A stretch of 64,000 bases of DNA, taken from assembly GCF_004017535.1 (NCBI RefSeq), contig NZ_SAJS01000016.1. One strand, written 5' to 3'. Below are positions 21,385 to 30,535 of this stretch, in pieces (within the stretch, counting starts at the first letter, position 1; each line of letters starts with the position of its first letter). Source of the stretch: Mesorhizobium sp. GTDB lineage: Bacteria > Pseudomonadota > Alphaproteobacteria > Rhizobiales > Rhizobiaceae. The position numbers and the translations under genes are program-made. A model generated the notes under the pieces. That model searched no databases. It worked only from the letters and a program-made list of their open reading frames with translations, and was not told the DNA's origin.

Positions 21385-22023
21385 TCAGTTGGTGCTGGAA
21401 GGATCGTCGCCGGCCGGCTCGGGAGCAGCGTCAGCCGGCTCGGTCGCCGACTCCGCCGCGGCCTTGGGCTTGGCGGCCTGGGTCTTCGGCTTGCCTGTCT
21501 CGGCCTTTGCCGCGGTCGGCGGCGGCACGTCCGACTTCTGCTTGCAGCCCTTGAGCCAGACGTCATAGACGGCGTGCTCGACAGCGTTGAGACCAGGGCT
21601 TTCGGCAAACATCCAGCCGGTGAAGATGCGACGGATCTTGCGGTCGAGCGTGATCTCGTCGACCTCGACGAAGGAATCGGTCTTCGGCTGCTCCGTGTCC
21701 GGCCGCGAATAGCAGACGCGAGGCGTCACCTGCAAAGCGCCGAACTGCACGGTCTCGTCGACATAGACGTCGAAAGTGATGATCCGGCCGGTGATCTTGT
21801 CTATGCCGGCGAACTCGGCCACCGGATTGGTGATACGCTCGGAGGTAGCCGGCGCAGGGGCCGGGGCCTGCGCGGCGGCGAAAGCGGCCGTCGAGGCAAG
21901 CAGAACGGACGCCGCAGCGATCAGCGCCTTAGAGATTTGCGCTGGAATACTGAGCCGCAATTCCGAATGGAAAACCGCCGCGCACTTTTCCTGGAATTGC
22001 TTAGGAGAGCTCATGCAAAACAC
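21385..22023 (-). CDS. DUF2155 domain protein with Pro/Ala/Lys-rich C-terminal tail
   Basis: Signal-like N-terminus. Core GIDKITGRIITFDVYVDETVQFGALQVTPRVCYSRPDTEQP...FTGWMFAESPGLNAVEHAVYDVWL. Start uncertain (GTG 22023 or ATG 22014). Confidence 0.7.
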   Translation of the reverse strand: MFCMSSPKQFQEKCAAVFHSELRLSIPAQISKALIAAASVLLASTAAFAAAQAPAPAPATSERITNPVAEFAGIDKITGRIITFDVYVDETVQFGALQVTPRVCYSRPDTEQPKTDSFVEVDEITLDRKIRRIFTGWMFAESPGLNAVEHAVYDVWLKGCKQKSDVPPPTAAKAETGKPKTQAAKPKAAAESATEPADAAPEPAGDDPSSTN

Positions 22024-22149
22024 CGGTGGTTGTGCCCGGGTGATTCTTCAATGCCCAAGGCTAATCATGGCTGCGCAGTCAGCAAGCAGCTAAACGCCAA
22101 TTGTGGCGATAAAGGATCGAAGCGGCGCTTTGGATTGCGATCCGGAGGA

Positions 22150-22548
22150 TTACGATCCCGGTGTCCAGGCATCGTAGTCGCCGGTCACTTGCGGACGATG
22201 CTGATTGGTCAGGATCGAACCTTGTGGCCGATAGGCGCCGGGCGTTCCCGTGAGGTTCGCCCGATGCGGCTTCTGCCACTCGCGCGCCTTGTAGCTCTCG
22301 CTCGGCGGAGGCGTGTCGACGCGGTGATGGATCCAGCCATGCCAGCCGGGCGGAATCTTCGAGGCTTCCGAATAGTCGCGATAGATGACCCAGCGGCGGG
22401 TGCGGCCTTCCGAATCGACGCCGCCCTCGTAATAGACGTTGCCGGCTTCGTCCTCGCCGACCCGCTTGCCGAAGCGCCAGGTGTGGAAGCGAGTGCCGAG
22501 CGTCTGGCTGTTCCACCAGGTGAAAAACTGCAGCAGGAAAGTTTTCAT
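22150..22548 (-). CDS. NADH:ubiquinone oxidoreductase subunit NDUFA12-family protein
   Basis: FFTWWNSQTLGTRFHTWRFGKRVGEDEAGNVYYE...RRWVIY...IPPGWHGWIHH. This is the alphaproteobacterial B17.2 homologue pattern. Confidence 0.85.
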   Translation of the reverse strand: MKTFLLQFFTWWNSQTLGTRFHTWRFGKRVGEDEAGNVYYEGGVDSEGRTRRWVIYRDYSEASKIPPGWHGWIHHRVDTPPPSESYKAREWQKPHRANLTGTPGAYRPQGSILTNQHRPQVTGDYDAWTPGS

Positions 22549-22760
22549 CCAGATCCTCGCGGCGGCAGCGGCTGCGCCATTCCCCTGCTTATGGCGTCAC
22601 CCAAGCGCGAAGGCAAGGGTTTTGCCGCTTCCGGAACATAATGCTTCGTGCGCTAAATCGATGCAGCCGCTCCGCTGGCGGCAGCGCGGCTTGCAAAGCC
22701 TTGCCTGTCTTTCTAAAGCTCGACCCGCCCCGGTTCGGGGCGCCTTCAGGGAGGTGACGA

Positions 22761-23600
22761 TTGACCCGGAAACCGTCCGCCGACAGCCGGATCAACGCCG
22801 AAGATATTCGCCGCCGCAAGGGCGGCGTGCCGATCGTCTGCCTCACCGCCTACACCTATCCCATCGCCCGCCTGCTCGATCCGCATGTCGACCTGCTCCT
22901 GGTCGGTGACAGCGTCGCCATGGTTCTGCACGGCCACGCCACCACGCTTGGCGCCTCGCTGGAGATGATGATCGCCCACGGCCAGGCCGTGATGCGCGGC
23001 TCGACCAGGGCCTGCGTCGTGGTCGACATGCCGGCGGGCAGCTATGAGGCCTCGCCGGAACAGGCCGCAGCATCGGCGAGGCGGATCGTCGGGGAAACCG
23101 GCTGCCAGGCCGTGAAGCTCGAAGGCGGCGTCGACATGGCCGCCCAGATCGCGGCCATCGTCGCCGAAGGCATACCGGTGATGGGTCATATCGGCCTGCA
23201 GCCGCAATCGGTCGAGAAGGACGGCGGCTACAGGATCAAGGGCCGGACGGAGGAGAACATCGCAGCGCTCTTTCGCGACGCGGAGGCGGTGGAAAAGGCC
23301 GGCGCCTTCTCCGTCGTTATCGAGGGCACCATGGAGGACGTGGCCGCGAAGTTGACCCGTCACATTTCCACACCGACAATCGGTATCGGCGCCAGCGCCG
23401 ACTGTGACGGACAGATCCTGGTGATCGACGACATGGTCGGCATGACCGTCGATCGCGTGCCTAAATTCGTCAAGGAATACGCGGACTTGCGCAGCGTGAT
23501 CGCCGATGCGGCGGCGCGCTACGCGGCCGAGGTGCGCAGCCGTGCCTTTCCCGGCTCCGACCACGTCTTCACGACGGCATCCAGCAAGGACGAGACATGA
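22761..23600 (+). CDS. panB: 3-methyl-2-oxobutanoate hydroxymethyltransferase
   Basis: CLTAYTYPIARLLD...LLVGDSVAMVLHGH...VKLEGG...VMGHIGLQPQS. TTG start after AGGGAGG. Overlaps panC (ATGA). Confidence 0.93.
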   Translation: MTRKPSADSRINAEDIRRRKGGVPIVCLTAYTYPIARLLDPHVDLLLVGDSVAMVLHGHATTLGASLEMMIAHGQAVMRGSTRACVVVDMPAGSYEASPEQAAASARRIVGETGCQAVKLEGGVDMAAQIAAIVAEGIPVMGHIGLQPQSVEKDGGYRIKGRTEENIAALFRDAEAVEKAGAFSVVIEGTMEDVAAKLTRHISTPTIGIGASADCDGQILVIDDMVGMTVDRVPKFVKEYADLRSVIADAAARYAAEVRSRAFPGSDHVFTTASSKDET

Positions 23601-24448
23601 ACGCTCCAATCGTCGTCGACAGCGTCACCGCCCTTCGCGCCCAGGTGCGCGAGTGGCGCCGGGCCGGACGGAGGGTCGCGATGGTGCCGACGATGGGCGC
23701 GCTGCATGACGGCCATATCTCGCTGGTCAGGATCGCGCTCGAGCGGGCCGATCGCTGCGTCGTCTCGATCTTCGTCAATCCGACGCAGTTCGCGCCGACG
23801 GAGGATCTCGACAAATACCCGCGCCAGCTGGCCCGCGATCTCGACCGGTTGCGGGAGGCAGGCGCGCATCTCGCCTTCACGCCGGGCGTAAGCGAAATGT
23901 ACCCCGCCGGCTTCGCCACCAAGATCTCGGTGGGCGGCCCCTCGTCGGGCCTCGAAACAGACTTCAGGCCAAGCTTCTTTGACGGTGTCGCGACCGTGGT
24001 GGCCAAGCTCTTGCTGCAGGCGGCGCCTGATTGCGCCGTGTTTGGCGAGAAGGACTACCAGCAGCTTTGCGTTGTCAGGCAGCTCTGCCGCGATCTCGAC
24101 CTGCCTGTCGAGATCATCGGCGCGCCGACGGTGCGTGACGCGCACGGCCTCGCCATGTCGTCACGCAATGCCTATCTGGGCGAAGCCGAGCTTGGCATCG
24201 CGCGCCAGCTCAACGTAATCCTGCGCCGCACGGCGGCGGCGCTTTCAACCGGCACGGATGAAGCCGACGCCATCGAAGATGCCACGAAGGCTGTCATCTC
24301 ATCAGGCTTCCGGAAGGTCGACTATGTCGCCGCCCGCGCGAGCGTCACGCTTGCGCCCTGGCGACGGGACCACGACGGCCGCCTGCTCGCGGCAGCCTGG
24401 CTCGGCACGACGCGGCTGATCGACAATGTGGAGATTGCCTCCGTCTGA
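23597..24448 (+). CDS. panC: pantoate--beta-alanine ligase
   Basis: VPTMGALHDGHISLV...VSIFVNPTQF...FGEKDYQQL...MSSRN. Confidence 0.93.
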   Translation: MNAPIVVDSVTALRAQVREWRRAGRRVAMVPTMGALHDGHISLVRIALERADRCVVSIFVNPTQFAPTEDLDKYPRQLARDLDRLREAGAHLAFTPGVSEMYPAGFATKISVGGPSSGLETDFRPSFFDGVATVVAKLLLQAAPDCAVFGEKDYQQLCVVRQLCRDLDLPVEIIGAPTVRDAHGLAMSSRNAYLGEAELGIARQLNVILRRTAAALSTGTDEADAIEDATKAVISSGFRKVDYVAARASVTLAPWRRDHDGRLLAAAWLGTTRLIDNVEIASV

Positions 24449-24552
24449 CCGCTGGCGATCCGATCGGCTGCCGATCCGCGGGCTGTCGCCGCCGTGACGC
24501 CTATTCTTCCGATGGCATATGCAGATACATCGACTGAATGCGCGCCGGCCGT

Positions 24553-25041
24553 CTAGCCGAGCCGCTTTTCCATGATGAGCGCGGGCAATCCCGAACTGCC
24601 GCCGCAATCGGCGGTCCTGCCCGCCTGGCGGAACCCGTTCGCCTTGTAGAAGGCGATCGCCACGGCATTTGCTTCCTCGACTTCGAGGCGCAGCGTATCC
24701 ATCTCCGGAAAACTGGCCTCGACTTCGTCGAGCAGCGACTGGCCGATCCCCTGCCGCTGGCAAGCCGGATGCACGTAGAGCTGGTTCAGAAGGACGATCT
24801 TCGGGTCGGTGGTTGCGGCGGCGAATGCCATGCCGCCGAGCCGCTTGCCGTCGTCAGCCACCAGGAACTCGGAATTCGGCCGCGTCAGCCGCGCCTTGAG
24901 CGAGGCGATCGAATGCCAGTCGTCGGTGATCGCCGTAACCCGCTCGGCGCCGTAGGCGGAGTCATAGGTCGCATGCCAGGTCTCGACCAGCAGGGCGCGG
25001 ACCGCAACAAGATCGCGCTCGCTGGCGGTTCGGACGAACAT
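24553..25041 (-). CDS. GNAT-family N-acetyltransferase
   Basis: Acetyl-CoA motif LYVHPACQRQGIGQSLL and ...AIAFYKANGF. Lies 4 nt downstream of gatB. Confidence 0.85.
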   Translation of the reverse strand: MFVRTASERDLVAVRALLVETWHATYDSAYGAERVTAITDDWHSIASLKARLTRPNSEFLVADDGKRLGGMAFAAATTDPKIVLLNQLYVHPACQRQGIGQSLLDEVEASFPEMDTLRLEVEEANAVAIAFYKANGFRQAGRTADCGGSSGLPALIMEKRLG

Positions 25042-25045
25042 CGCC

Positions 25046-26545
25046 CTATTCGATGCCCAGCTTGGCCTTGACGAGGTCGTTGACCGCCTGCGGGTTGGCC
25101 TTGCCGCCCGTCGCCTTCATCACCTGGCCAACGAACCAGCCGGCCATGGTCGGCTTGGCCCGCGCCTGCTCGGCCTTGTCCGGGTTGGCGGCGATCACCT
25201 CGTCGACGGCCTTCTCGATGGCGCCGGTGTCGGTGACCTGCTTCATGCCGCGGCTCTCGACGAGCTGGCGCGGATCGCCACCCTCGTTCCAGACGATCTC
25301 GAACAGGTCCTTGGCGATCTTGCCGGAAATGGTGCCTTCCTTGATCAGGTCGAGCACGGCGCCCAGCTGCTCAGGCGAAACCGGAGCATTTTCAATGTCT
25401 TTTCCGGCCTTGTTCAGCTGCCCAAGGAGATCGTTGATCACCCAGTTGGCGGCGAGCTTGCCGTCGCGCCCGGCGGCAACCTTCTCGAAATAGTCGGCAA
25501 TCGGTTTTTCGGAAACCAGCACCGAGGCGTCATAGGCCGAAAGGCCAAGCACATCCACCAGCCGCGCCTTCTTGTCGTCAGGCAGTTCCGGCAGGTCCTT
25601 GGCGAGCGCATCGACATAGGCTTGGTCGAATTCCAGCGGCAAAAGGTCGGGATCCGGGAAATAGCGATAATCATGCGCTTCTTCCTTGGAGCGCATCGAA
25701 CGCGTCTCGCCCTTGTTCGGATCGAACAGGCGGGTCTCCTGCTCGATCTTGCCGCCGTCCTCCAGGATGGCAATCTGCCGGCGCGCCTCGTATTCGATGG
25801 CTTGGCCGATGAAGCGGATCGAGTTCATATTCTTGATCTCGCAGCGCGTGCCGAACGCGCCGCCCGGACGGCGCACCGAGACGTTGACGTCCGCGCGCAG
25901 CGAGCCTTCGTCCATGTTGCCGTCGCAGGTGCCAAGATAGCGCATGATCGAGCGCAGCTTGGTGACATAGGCCTTGGCCTCGTCGGCCGAGCGGATGTCC
26001 GGCTTGGAGACGATCTCCATCAGCGCGACGCCGGAGCGGTTGAGGTCGACATAGGACATGGTGGGGTGCTGGTCGTGCATCGACTTGCCTGCATCCTGTT
26101 CCAGGTGCAGGCGCTCGATGCCGACCTCGATATCCTCGAATTCGCCCTGGCGGTCGGGCCCGACGGAGACGATCACCTTGCCCTCGCCGACGATCGGCTG
26201 TTTGAACTGCGAGATCTGATAGCCCTGCGGCAGGTCCGGATAGAAATAGTTCTTCCGGTCGAAGACCGACTTGTGGTTGATCGCGGCTTTGAGGCCGAGC
26301 CCCGTGCGGATCGCCTGCTTGACGCATTCCTCGTTGATGACCGGCAGCATGCCGGGCATCGCCGCGTCGACCAGGCTGACATTGGCGTTGGGCGCGGCGC
26401 CGAACGAGGTCGAGGCGCCGGAGAATAGCTTGGCCTGCGAGATCACTTGCGCATGCACTTCGAGCCCGATGATGATTTCCCAGTCGCCGGTGGCGCCGGG
26501 GATCAGACGTTTCGCGTCGGGGGTGCGGGTGTCGATGATGCTCAT
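25046..26545 (-). CDS. gatB: Asp-tRNA(Asn)/Glu-tRNA(Gln) amidotransferase subunit B
   Basis: [13 protein letters not shown]...[15 protein letters not shown]...[17 protein letters not shown]...[10 protein letters not shown]-terminal GatB/YqeY domain. Confidence 0.96.
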   Translation of the reverse strand: MSIIDTRTPDAKRLIPGATGDWEIIIGLEVHAQVISQAKLFSGASTSFGAAPNANVSLVDAAMPGMLPVINEECVKQAIRTGLGLKAAINHKSVFDRKNYFYPDLPQGYQISQFKQPIVGEGKVIVSVGPDRQGEFEDIEVGIERLHLEQDAGKSMHDQHPTMSYVDLNRSGVALMEIVSKPDIRSADEAKAYVTKLRSIMRYLGTCDGNMDEGSLRADVNVSVRRPGGAFGTRCEIKNMNSIRFIGQAIEYEARRQIAILEDGGKIEQETRLFDPNKGETRSMRSKEEAHDYRYFPDPDLLPLEFDQAYVDALAKDLPELPDDKKARLVDVLGLSAYDASVLVSEKPIADYFEKVAAGRDGKLAANWVINDLLGQLNKAGKDIENAPVSPEQLGAVLDLIKEGTISGKIAKDLFEIVWNEGGDPRQLVESRGMKQVTDTGAIEKAVDEVIAANPDKAEQARAKPTMAGWFVGQVMKATGGKANPQAVNDLVKAKLGIE

Positions 26546-26830
26546 GGAAGCCTGCGTATCTTAGAATTAGCGATATGCAAAACGCATATTTCGGTGCGCA
26601 ACTTCGCTAGTGCAAACCGCTCTGCGAGACAAGCGTTAAGCCCACACGGTGGCCTTTTCGGTTACGTTCGCCTATAGGACACTTCTTCCAATGGAGAGTG
26701 GATGTCCACTTACGCTCAGTCCCGGTGAAGCCCTGACCTCGTAAGCGAGGCAGGGCAGAAAAACCTGAAAACCCCGTGCCGCAATGTCTCGCGGCGGCGG
26801 CTTTTGTTGTTTTTCCCGGGACTTTATCCA

Positions 26831-27088
26831 ATGGACATTTCGCGCAACGAACAGCGCATCCTGCACCTGCTCGCGCAGGGCGGGCGTATCGAAATCGAAA
26901 AGAACGAGAGCAGGAAGATCGCCTCGGTCCAGTGCCTGACCCGCGACGGCTGGCGCTATCCGGGCTTCGACCTGGAACTCTTCCGAAAACTGAGGCGCAA
27001 GAAAGCGGTGTCCTCGACGGATGGTGGCCCCTACCGCATCACCCGGCGCGGGCTGCAGCTCGTCCGCGCCGAACTCGACAACCGATAG
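26831..27088 (+). CDS. yjhX: YjhX/UPF0386-family protein (homologue of the TopAI toxin)
   Basis: The 85-aa product matches E. coli YjhX along its full length as recalled (SRxEQ..LH.LA.GG.I ... F.KL..KK...S..G.PYRIT...VRA.LDNR). ORF trimmed to ATG 26831. Confidence 0.8.
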   Translation: MDISRNEQRILHLLAQGGRIEIEKNESRKIASVQCLTRDGWRYPGFDLELFRKLRRKKAVSSTDGGPYRITRRGLQLVRAELDNR

Positions 27089-27100
27089 AACGCGCCCAAG

Positions 27101-27128
27101 CCGCCGGCTGGCAACAGCCGGCGGTTTT
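27101..27128 (+). terminator. Rho-independent terminator after yjhX
   Basis: Perfect 10-bp stem CCGCCGGCTG/CAGCCGGCGG, loop GCAA, then TTTT. Confidence 0.85.
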
Positions 27129-27137
27129 CACTCAAGA

Positions 27138-27569
27138 TCAAGCGGTGGCGATGTAGGCCTTGATCTCCTCGGCCTCGCGCTCGACATCCTCGATGCGGCG
27201 CTTGACCACGTCGCCGATGGAGACGATGCCGTCGAGCAGGCCGTTTTTCTCCACCGGCAGATGGCGGAAGCGGCCCCTCGTCATGATCTCCATGACCTCG
27301 TTGACCGTGTGGTTTTCGTTGCAGATCTTCACCTTCGGCGTCATCGCCGAACGCACGGCGATATCGAGCGCGGCGGCGCCTTCCCTGGCCAGGACCTTGA
27401 CGATATCGCGCTCCGAGAGGATGCCGACGATCTTCCGGTCGCCATTGGTGATGACGAGCGCGCCGATCCTGTGCTCGGCCAGCATGCGAATGGCCTCGCT
27501 GAGTTTCTCATTGGGACCGAGCGTGAACACGTCATGGCCCTTGCTTTCGAGAATTGCCTTAACCGTCAT
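27138..27569 (-). CDS. CBS domain-pair protein
   Basis: Two CBS motifs (IGALVITNGDRKIVGILSERDIV; HLPVEKNGLLDGIVSIGDVV). ORF trimmed to ATG 27569, which is preceded by GGAGGA. Confidence 0.88.
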   Translation of the reverse strand: MTVKAILESKGHDVFTLGPNEKLSEAIRMLAEHRIGALVITNGDRKIVGILSERDIVKVLAREGAAALDIAVRSAMTPKVKICNENHTVNEVMEIMTRGRFRHLPVEKNGLLDGIVSIGDVVKRRIEDVEREAEEIKAYIATA

Positions 27570-27703
27570 GGCGTCCTCCACTGCCTTTGACGCCGGCTCC
27601 CCGCCCCGACCGGCTTTTTCAGCCCCTGCGCCCCTAGGAAGACACCGGGTGCTTAGCAAACATCGTGCGCCGTGATTGGTTGCTTTTCAAGTGCGCCTAA
27701 GGA

Positions 27704-28441
27704 CTAGGCTGCAGCCAGCGGGTGGTCGAAGAAACGCAATCCGAAGAAGCCGGCGATGAAGCCGCCAATATGGGCTTCCCAGGCGATCTGGCCATCGACG
27801 CCCGGCGCGAAGCCGAGCAGGCCGGTGGCCAGATTGATCACCATCCAGACGCCAAGAAAGGTCATGACGCCGCGCGAGCGCAACACGGCCGCGATAGGCA
27901 GGGGCTCGCCGGCGAAGGCCGCCCTGCCGGATGACCGGTCGATGCGGAAGCCATAGCGCGCGGCCGCGCCCATCATGCCGGAAATCGCCCCCGATGCGCC
28001 GACGAGCGGCACCTCGCCGTAGGGATGCAGCGCCCAGAACAGAACAACCGAAGCCAGCCCGGTCACCGCGTAGAATATGGCGAAACGGAGCGCGCCGAGA
28101 CGATTGGCGAGCGGCGAGCCGAAGGCCGCAAGCCAGATCATGTTGATGGCGATGTGGGCAATGCCACCATGCATGAACGCATAGGTGAATGGACGCGTGA
28201 ACAAGAACCAGTCGAAGCCATATTTGCCGGTGTAGAGCACCGGAATGAAGGCTCCGTCGTAGAGCAGTACTATGTTCTGCGCATCGTCCAGAACATATTG
28301 CTGCAACAGAAAGACGGCCGCGCAAATGGCGATCACGGCCAACACCACTGGCGGCAGGTTGAACACCGGTTCGCGGCGCCCCGGCTCGGGAGCCTCGTCC
28401 GGCGGCGGTTCGGTTTCAGCGGGGCTTGCCGGTTCGCTCAT
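27704..28441 (-). CDS. rhomboid-family intramembrane serine protease
   Basis: Multi-TM protein with catalytic GASGAISG and AHIGGFIAG motifs. ORF trimmed to ATG 28441 (GAAGG RBS). GTG 28504 remains possible. Confidence 0.85.
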   Translation of the reverse strand: MSEPASPAETEPPPDEAPEPGRREPVFNLPPVVLAVIAICAAVFLLQQYVLDDAQNIVLLYDGAFIPVLYTGKYGFDWFLFTRPFTYAFMHGGIAHIAINMIWLAAFGSPLANRLGALRFAIFYAVTGLASVVLFWALHPYGEVPLVGASGAISGMMGAAARYGFRIDRSSGRAAFAGEPLPIAAVLRSRGVMTFLGVWMVINLATGLLGFAPGVDGQIAWEAHIGGFIAGFFGLRFFDHPLAAA

Positions 28442-28562
28442 GCGCCTTCGCGGGTTTGGGAGTTGAGTTTCGGCGAGCATGTAGATCACGCCCGTTCGAA
28501 TCACAAACGGCTAATCGCCACAGCGTCCCGGCCGAAGGGGCGAATCAGAACAGGGTCGAATC

Positions 28563-28597
28563 AAAAAAAGGCCGTCCAGGTGTCCCCCTGAACGGCC
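28563..28597 (-). terminator. strong orphan Rho-independent terminator
   Basis: Minus strand reads GGCCGUUCAGG-GGGACA-CCUGGACGGCC (11 bp, one G-U) followed by U7. No ORF lies upstream of it on that strand. Confidence 0.8.
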
Positions 28598-28705
28598 GGC
28601 CGAGTCCCCTGCTTCCCGTAAACTCGTGACTGAAGTGCTGTCGATCGCTGCTGAAACGACCGTTTTGGAGTGCCTTTTGTGTGCCACGGGTACTCGGCAG
28701 CGCGC
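28563..28705 (-). ncRNA. candidate structured RNA (trans sRNA, or terminator-type leader of the rhomboid gene)
   Basis: A closing helix GCCGAGU/ACUCGGC (28692-98 with 28599-605) encloses about 85 nt and is directly followed by the terminator. TCGTTA-N16-TACATT lies upstream. The 5' end is not determined. Confidence 0.35.
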
Positions 28706-28858
28706 AATGTAAACCAATTGTTAACCTTAACGACCCCGAGGCGTGAACAAACGTTAACGATACTGGCACGCATCCTGCTCCGCACCGCATGAAGGTCATC
28801 GGAGGGCGCCCTGTCTGTTCGCCGATGGGACATCAAAAGACAGATTGTGCGGAGCGGA

Positions 28859-29503
28859 ATGGAAATGAAAGAAAAAGGATCGATCGCGCTGTTCCAATAT
28901 TGGAACCAGTTGCGTGATGGCCGCCTCGCCCCGAAGCGATCGGAAGTGGAGCCGGCCGACATCAAGTCGCTTCTGGCCGACACCTTCATCCTCGAGCGCG
29001 ACACGCGCGGCGAAGCGGTGTTCCGGCTGGCCGGCACGAGGCTCTGCGCCTATTACGGGCGCGAACTCAAGGGTTTCTCTTTTCCTTCGTTGTGGCGCGA
29101 GAAGGACCAGCGGCTGATATCGCGGCTCATGCAGGGCGTTTTCGACCAGAAATCGGTTCTGTTCATGACTTACGAGGGATTCAGCCGCAACGGCCGCAGC
29201 AACAAATTCGAGCTCCTGGCGCTGCCGTTGGACGGGGGTCATGAAAACCCGCGCTGCCTCGGCATTATCAGCACCGCCGAAAAGCCGTTCTGGCTTGGCG
29301 CCGACCCGCTCGCCGACGCGCTCATCGAAACCATCCGGGTGATAGATCCCGACAAGGAACCGATGTTCCTGAGGAACCGGCCGGCGATCGAGGTTCCCTC
29401 ACTCGTCCCGTCCGAATTCGATCCCCCGGAAACCATTTCGGCGCTCGGGCGCGTGCGCCGCATCCGCCACCTCGTCGTCCTCGACGGCGGACGTCACGAA
29501 TGA
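28859..29503 (+). CDS. PAS_5 (DUF1457) domain protein
   Basis: LFQYWNQLRDGRLAPKRSEVEPADIKSLLADTFILE...FRLAGTRLC... is typical of PF07310. Start set at ATG 28859 after GGAG. The track start is GTG 28847. Confidence 0.75.
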   Translation: MEMKEKGSIALFQYWNQLRDGRLAPKRSEVEPADIKSLLADTFILERDTRGEAVFRLAGTRLCAYYGRELKGFSFPSLWREKDQRLISRLMQGVFDQKSVLFMTYEGFSRNGRSNKFELLALPLDGGHENPRCLGIISTAEKPFWLGADPLADALIETIRVIDPDKEPMFLRNRPAIEVPSLVPSEFDPPETISALGRVRRIRHLVVLDGGRHE

Positions 29504-29676
29504 GCCCGGCCGCGCGGGATTTTCCCCTCACGCGCGGTTAATTTTTCCGCGTCGCGCGAGTCTCCTGGCCCGGGCTTCCGCGGCCGATTTTTCCCGTTTG
29601 TTAACCTGCTTCGCTGTAGTTTTCGGGCGAAATTCCACGCATCGTCGCGCGGAATGCCAATGGGGTGTAGGCAGTC

Positions 29677-30294
29677 ATGAGGTCAGCGGCGGTAGAATTT
29701 GCACCGTCACGAGCTGAGCGGCGCAATTTTCAGCGTGTCCGGGTCAAGATTTACGGGCGCTTCATGCTGGAGGACCGCACCGAGCATCCATGCCAGGTGA
29801 TCGATATGTCACCCGGCAATGTCGCGCTGCGCACCGACCGCATCGGCATGCCGGGCGAGAAGGTCATCGCCTATATCGACCATATCGGCCGCGTCGAGGG
29901 CATCGTGACGCGCACGTCGCCGGATGGCTTCGCCATGACTGTCATCGCCTCCGATCGCAAGAAGGACAAGCTCGCCGCGCAGCTCACCTGGCTTGCCAAC
30001 AAGCATGAGCTGGACCTGCCCGAGGATCGTCGCCACGAGCGCGTGGCGCCGCGCAATCCGATGAGCGTCCTGCAGCTCACCGACGGGCGCCAGTATCAGT
30101 GCCGCATCATCGACCTGTCGCTCTCGGGCGCCGCGATCGAGATCGACGTCAAGCCGGCGATCGGCATACAGGTCATGCTTGGAACCATGCGCGGCCAGGT
30201 GGTGCGCCACTTCGAGGACGGCGTCGCTATCGAATTCGCTGTCATTCAGCGGCCGGAAACGCTCGACCAGGAATTCAACGCGCCGCGGTCCTGA
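29677..30294 (+). CDS. tandem PilZ-domain protein (putative c-di-GMP receptor)
   Basis: Domain 1 has RRNFQR ... DMSPGN. Domain 2 has RRHER ... DLSLSG, the canonical RxxxR + DxSxxG. Confidence 0.8.
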   Translation: MRSAAVEFAPSRAERRNFQRVRVKIYGRFMLEDRTEHPCQVIDMSPGNVALRTDRIGMPGEKVIAYIDHIGRVEGIVTRTSPDGFAMTVIASDRKKDKLAAQLTWLANKHELDLPEDRRHERVAPRNPMSVLQLTDGRQYQCRIIDLSLSGAAIEIDVKPAIGIQVMLGTMRGQVVRHFEDGVAIEFAVIQRPETLDQEFNAPRS

Positions 30295-30319
30295 CGCAAG
30301 CCACCGCAAAGCGAAAACG

Positions 30320-30346
30320 AACCGGCCCTCGGCGGCCGGTTTTTTG
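30320..30346 (+). terminator. Rho-independent terminator after the PilZ gene
   Basis: AACCGGCC-CTCGGC-GGCCGGTT followed by TTTTTG. Confidence 0.8.
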
Positions 30347-30535
30347 TTGCCCGGTTTTCACCCGAAATAGGCCACCCGGCACCTACCAAATCTTCACAAA
30401 TCTGAACAATCCAGGCCTACGATAGTTCAAATTTTATGCTTATTCTACTGGGGTTTTACTCAATGTCTACTTCGGGTTTTTGCGTCAAATAAATCCCAAC
30501 GTGGCACAGTCTCCTCAAACGGGGAGACTACAAGA

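Noticed and set aside
26778-26814. The GCCGC/GCGGC hairpin plus T-run upstream of yjhX, considered as the terminator of an independent sRNA.
   Set aside because: The stem is only 5 bp and is separated from the T-run by GGCGGC, and no convincing promoter was found for a discrete upstream transcript. It is treated as part of the yjhX leader finding rather than as a separate ncRNA feature.
28700-28760. TTAAC/GTTAAC motifs (also near 29538 and 29600) that might be CtrA boxes.
   Set aside because: No full TTAA-N7-TTAA(C) arrangement could be found on either strand. Only half-sites with the wrong spacing are present.
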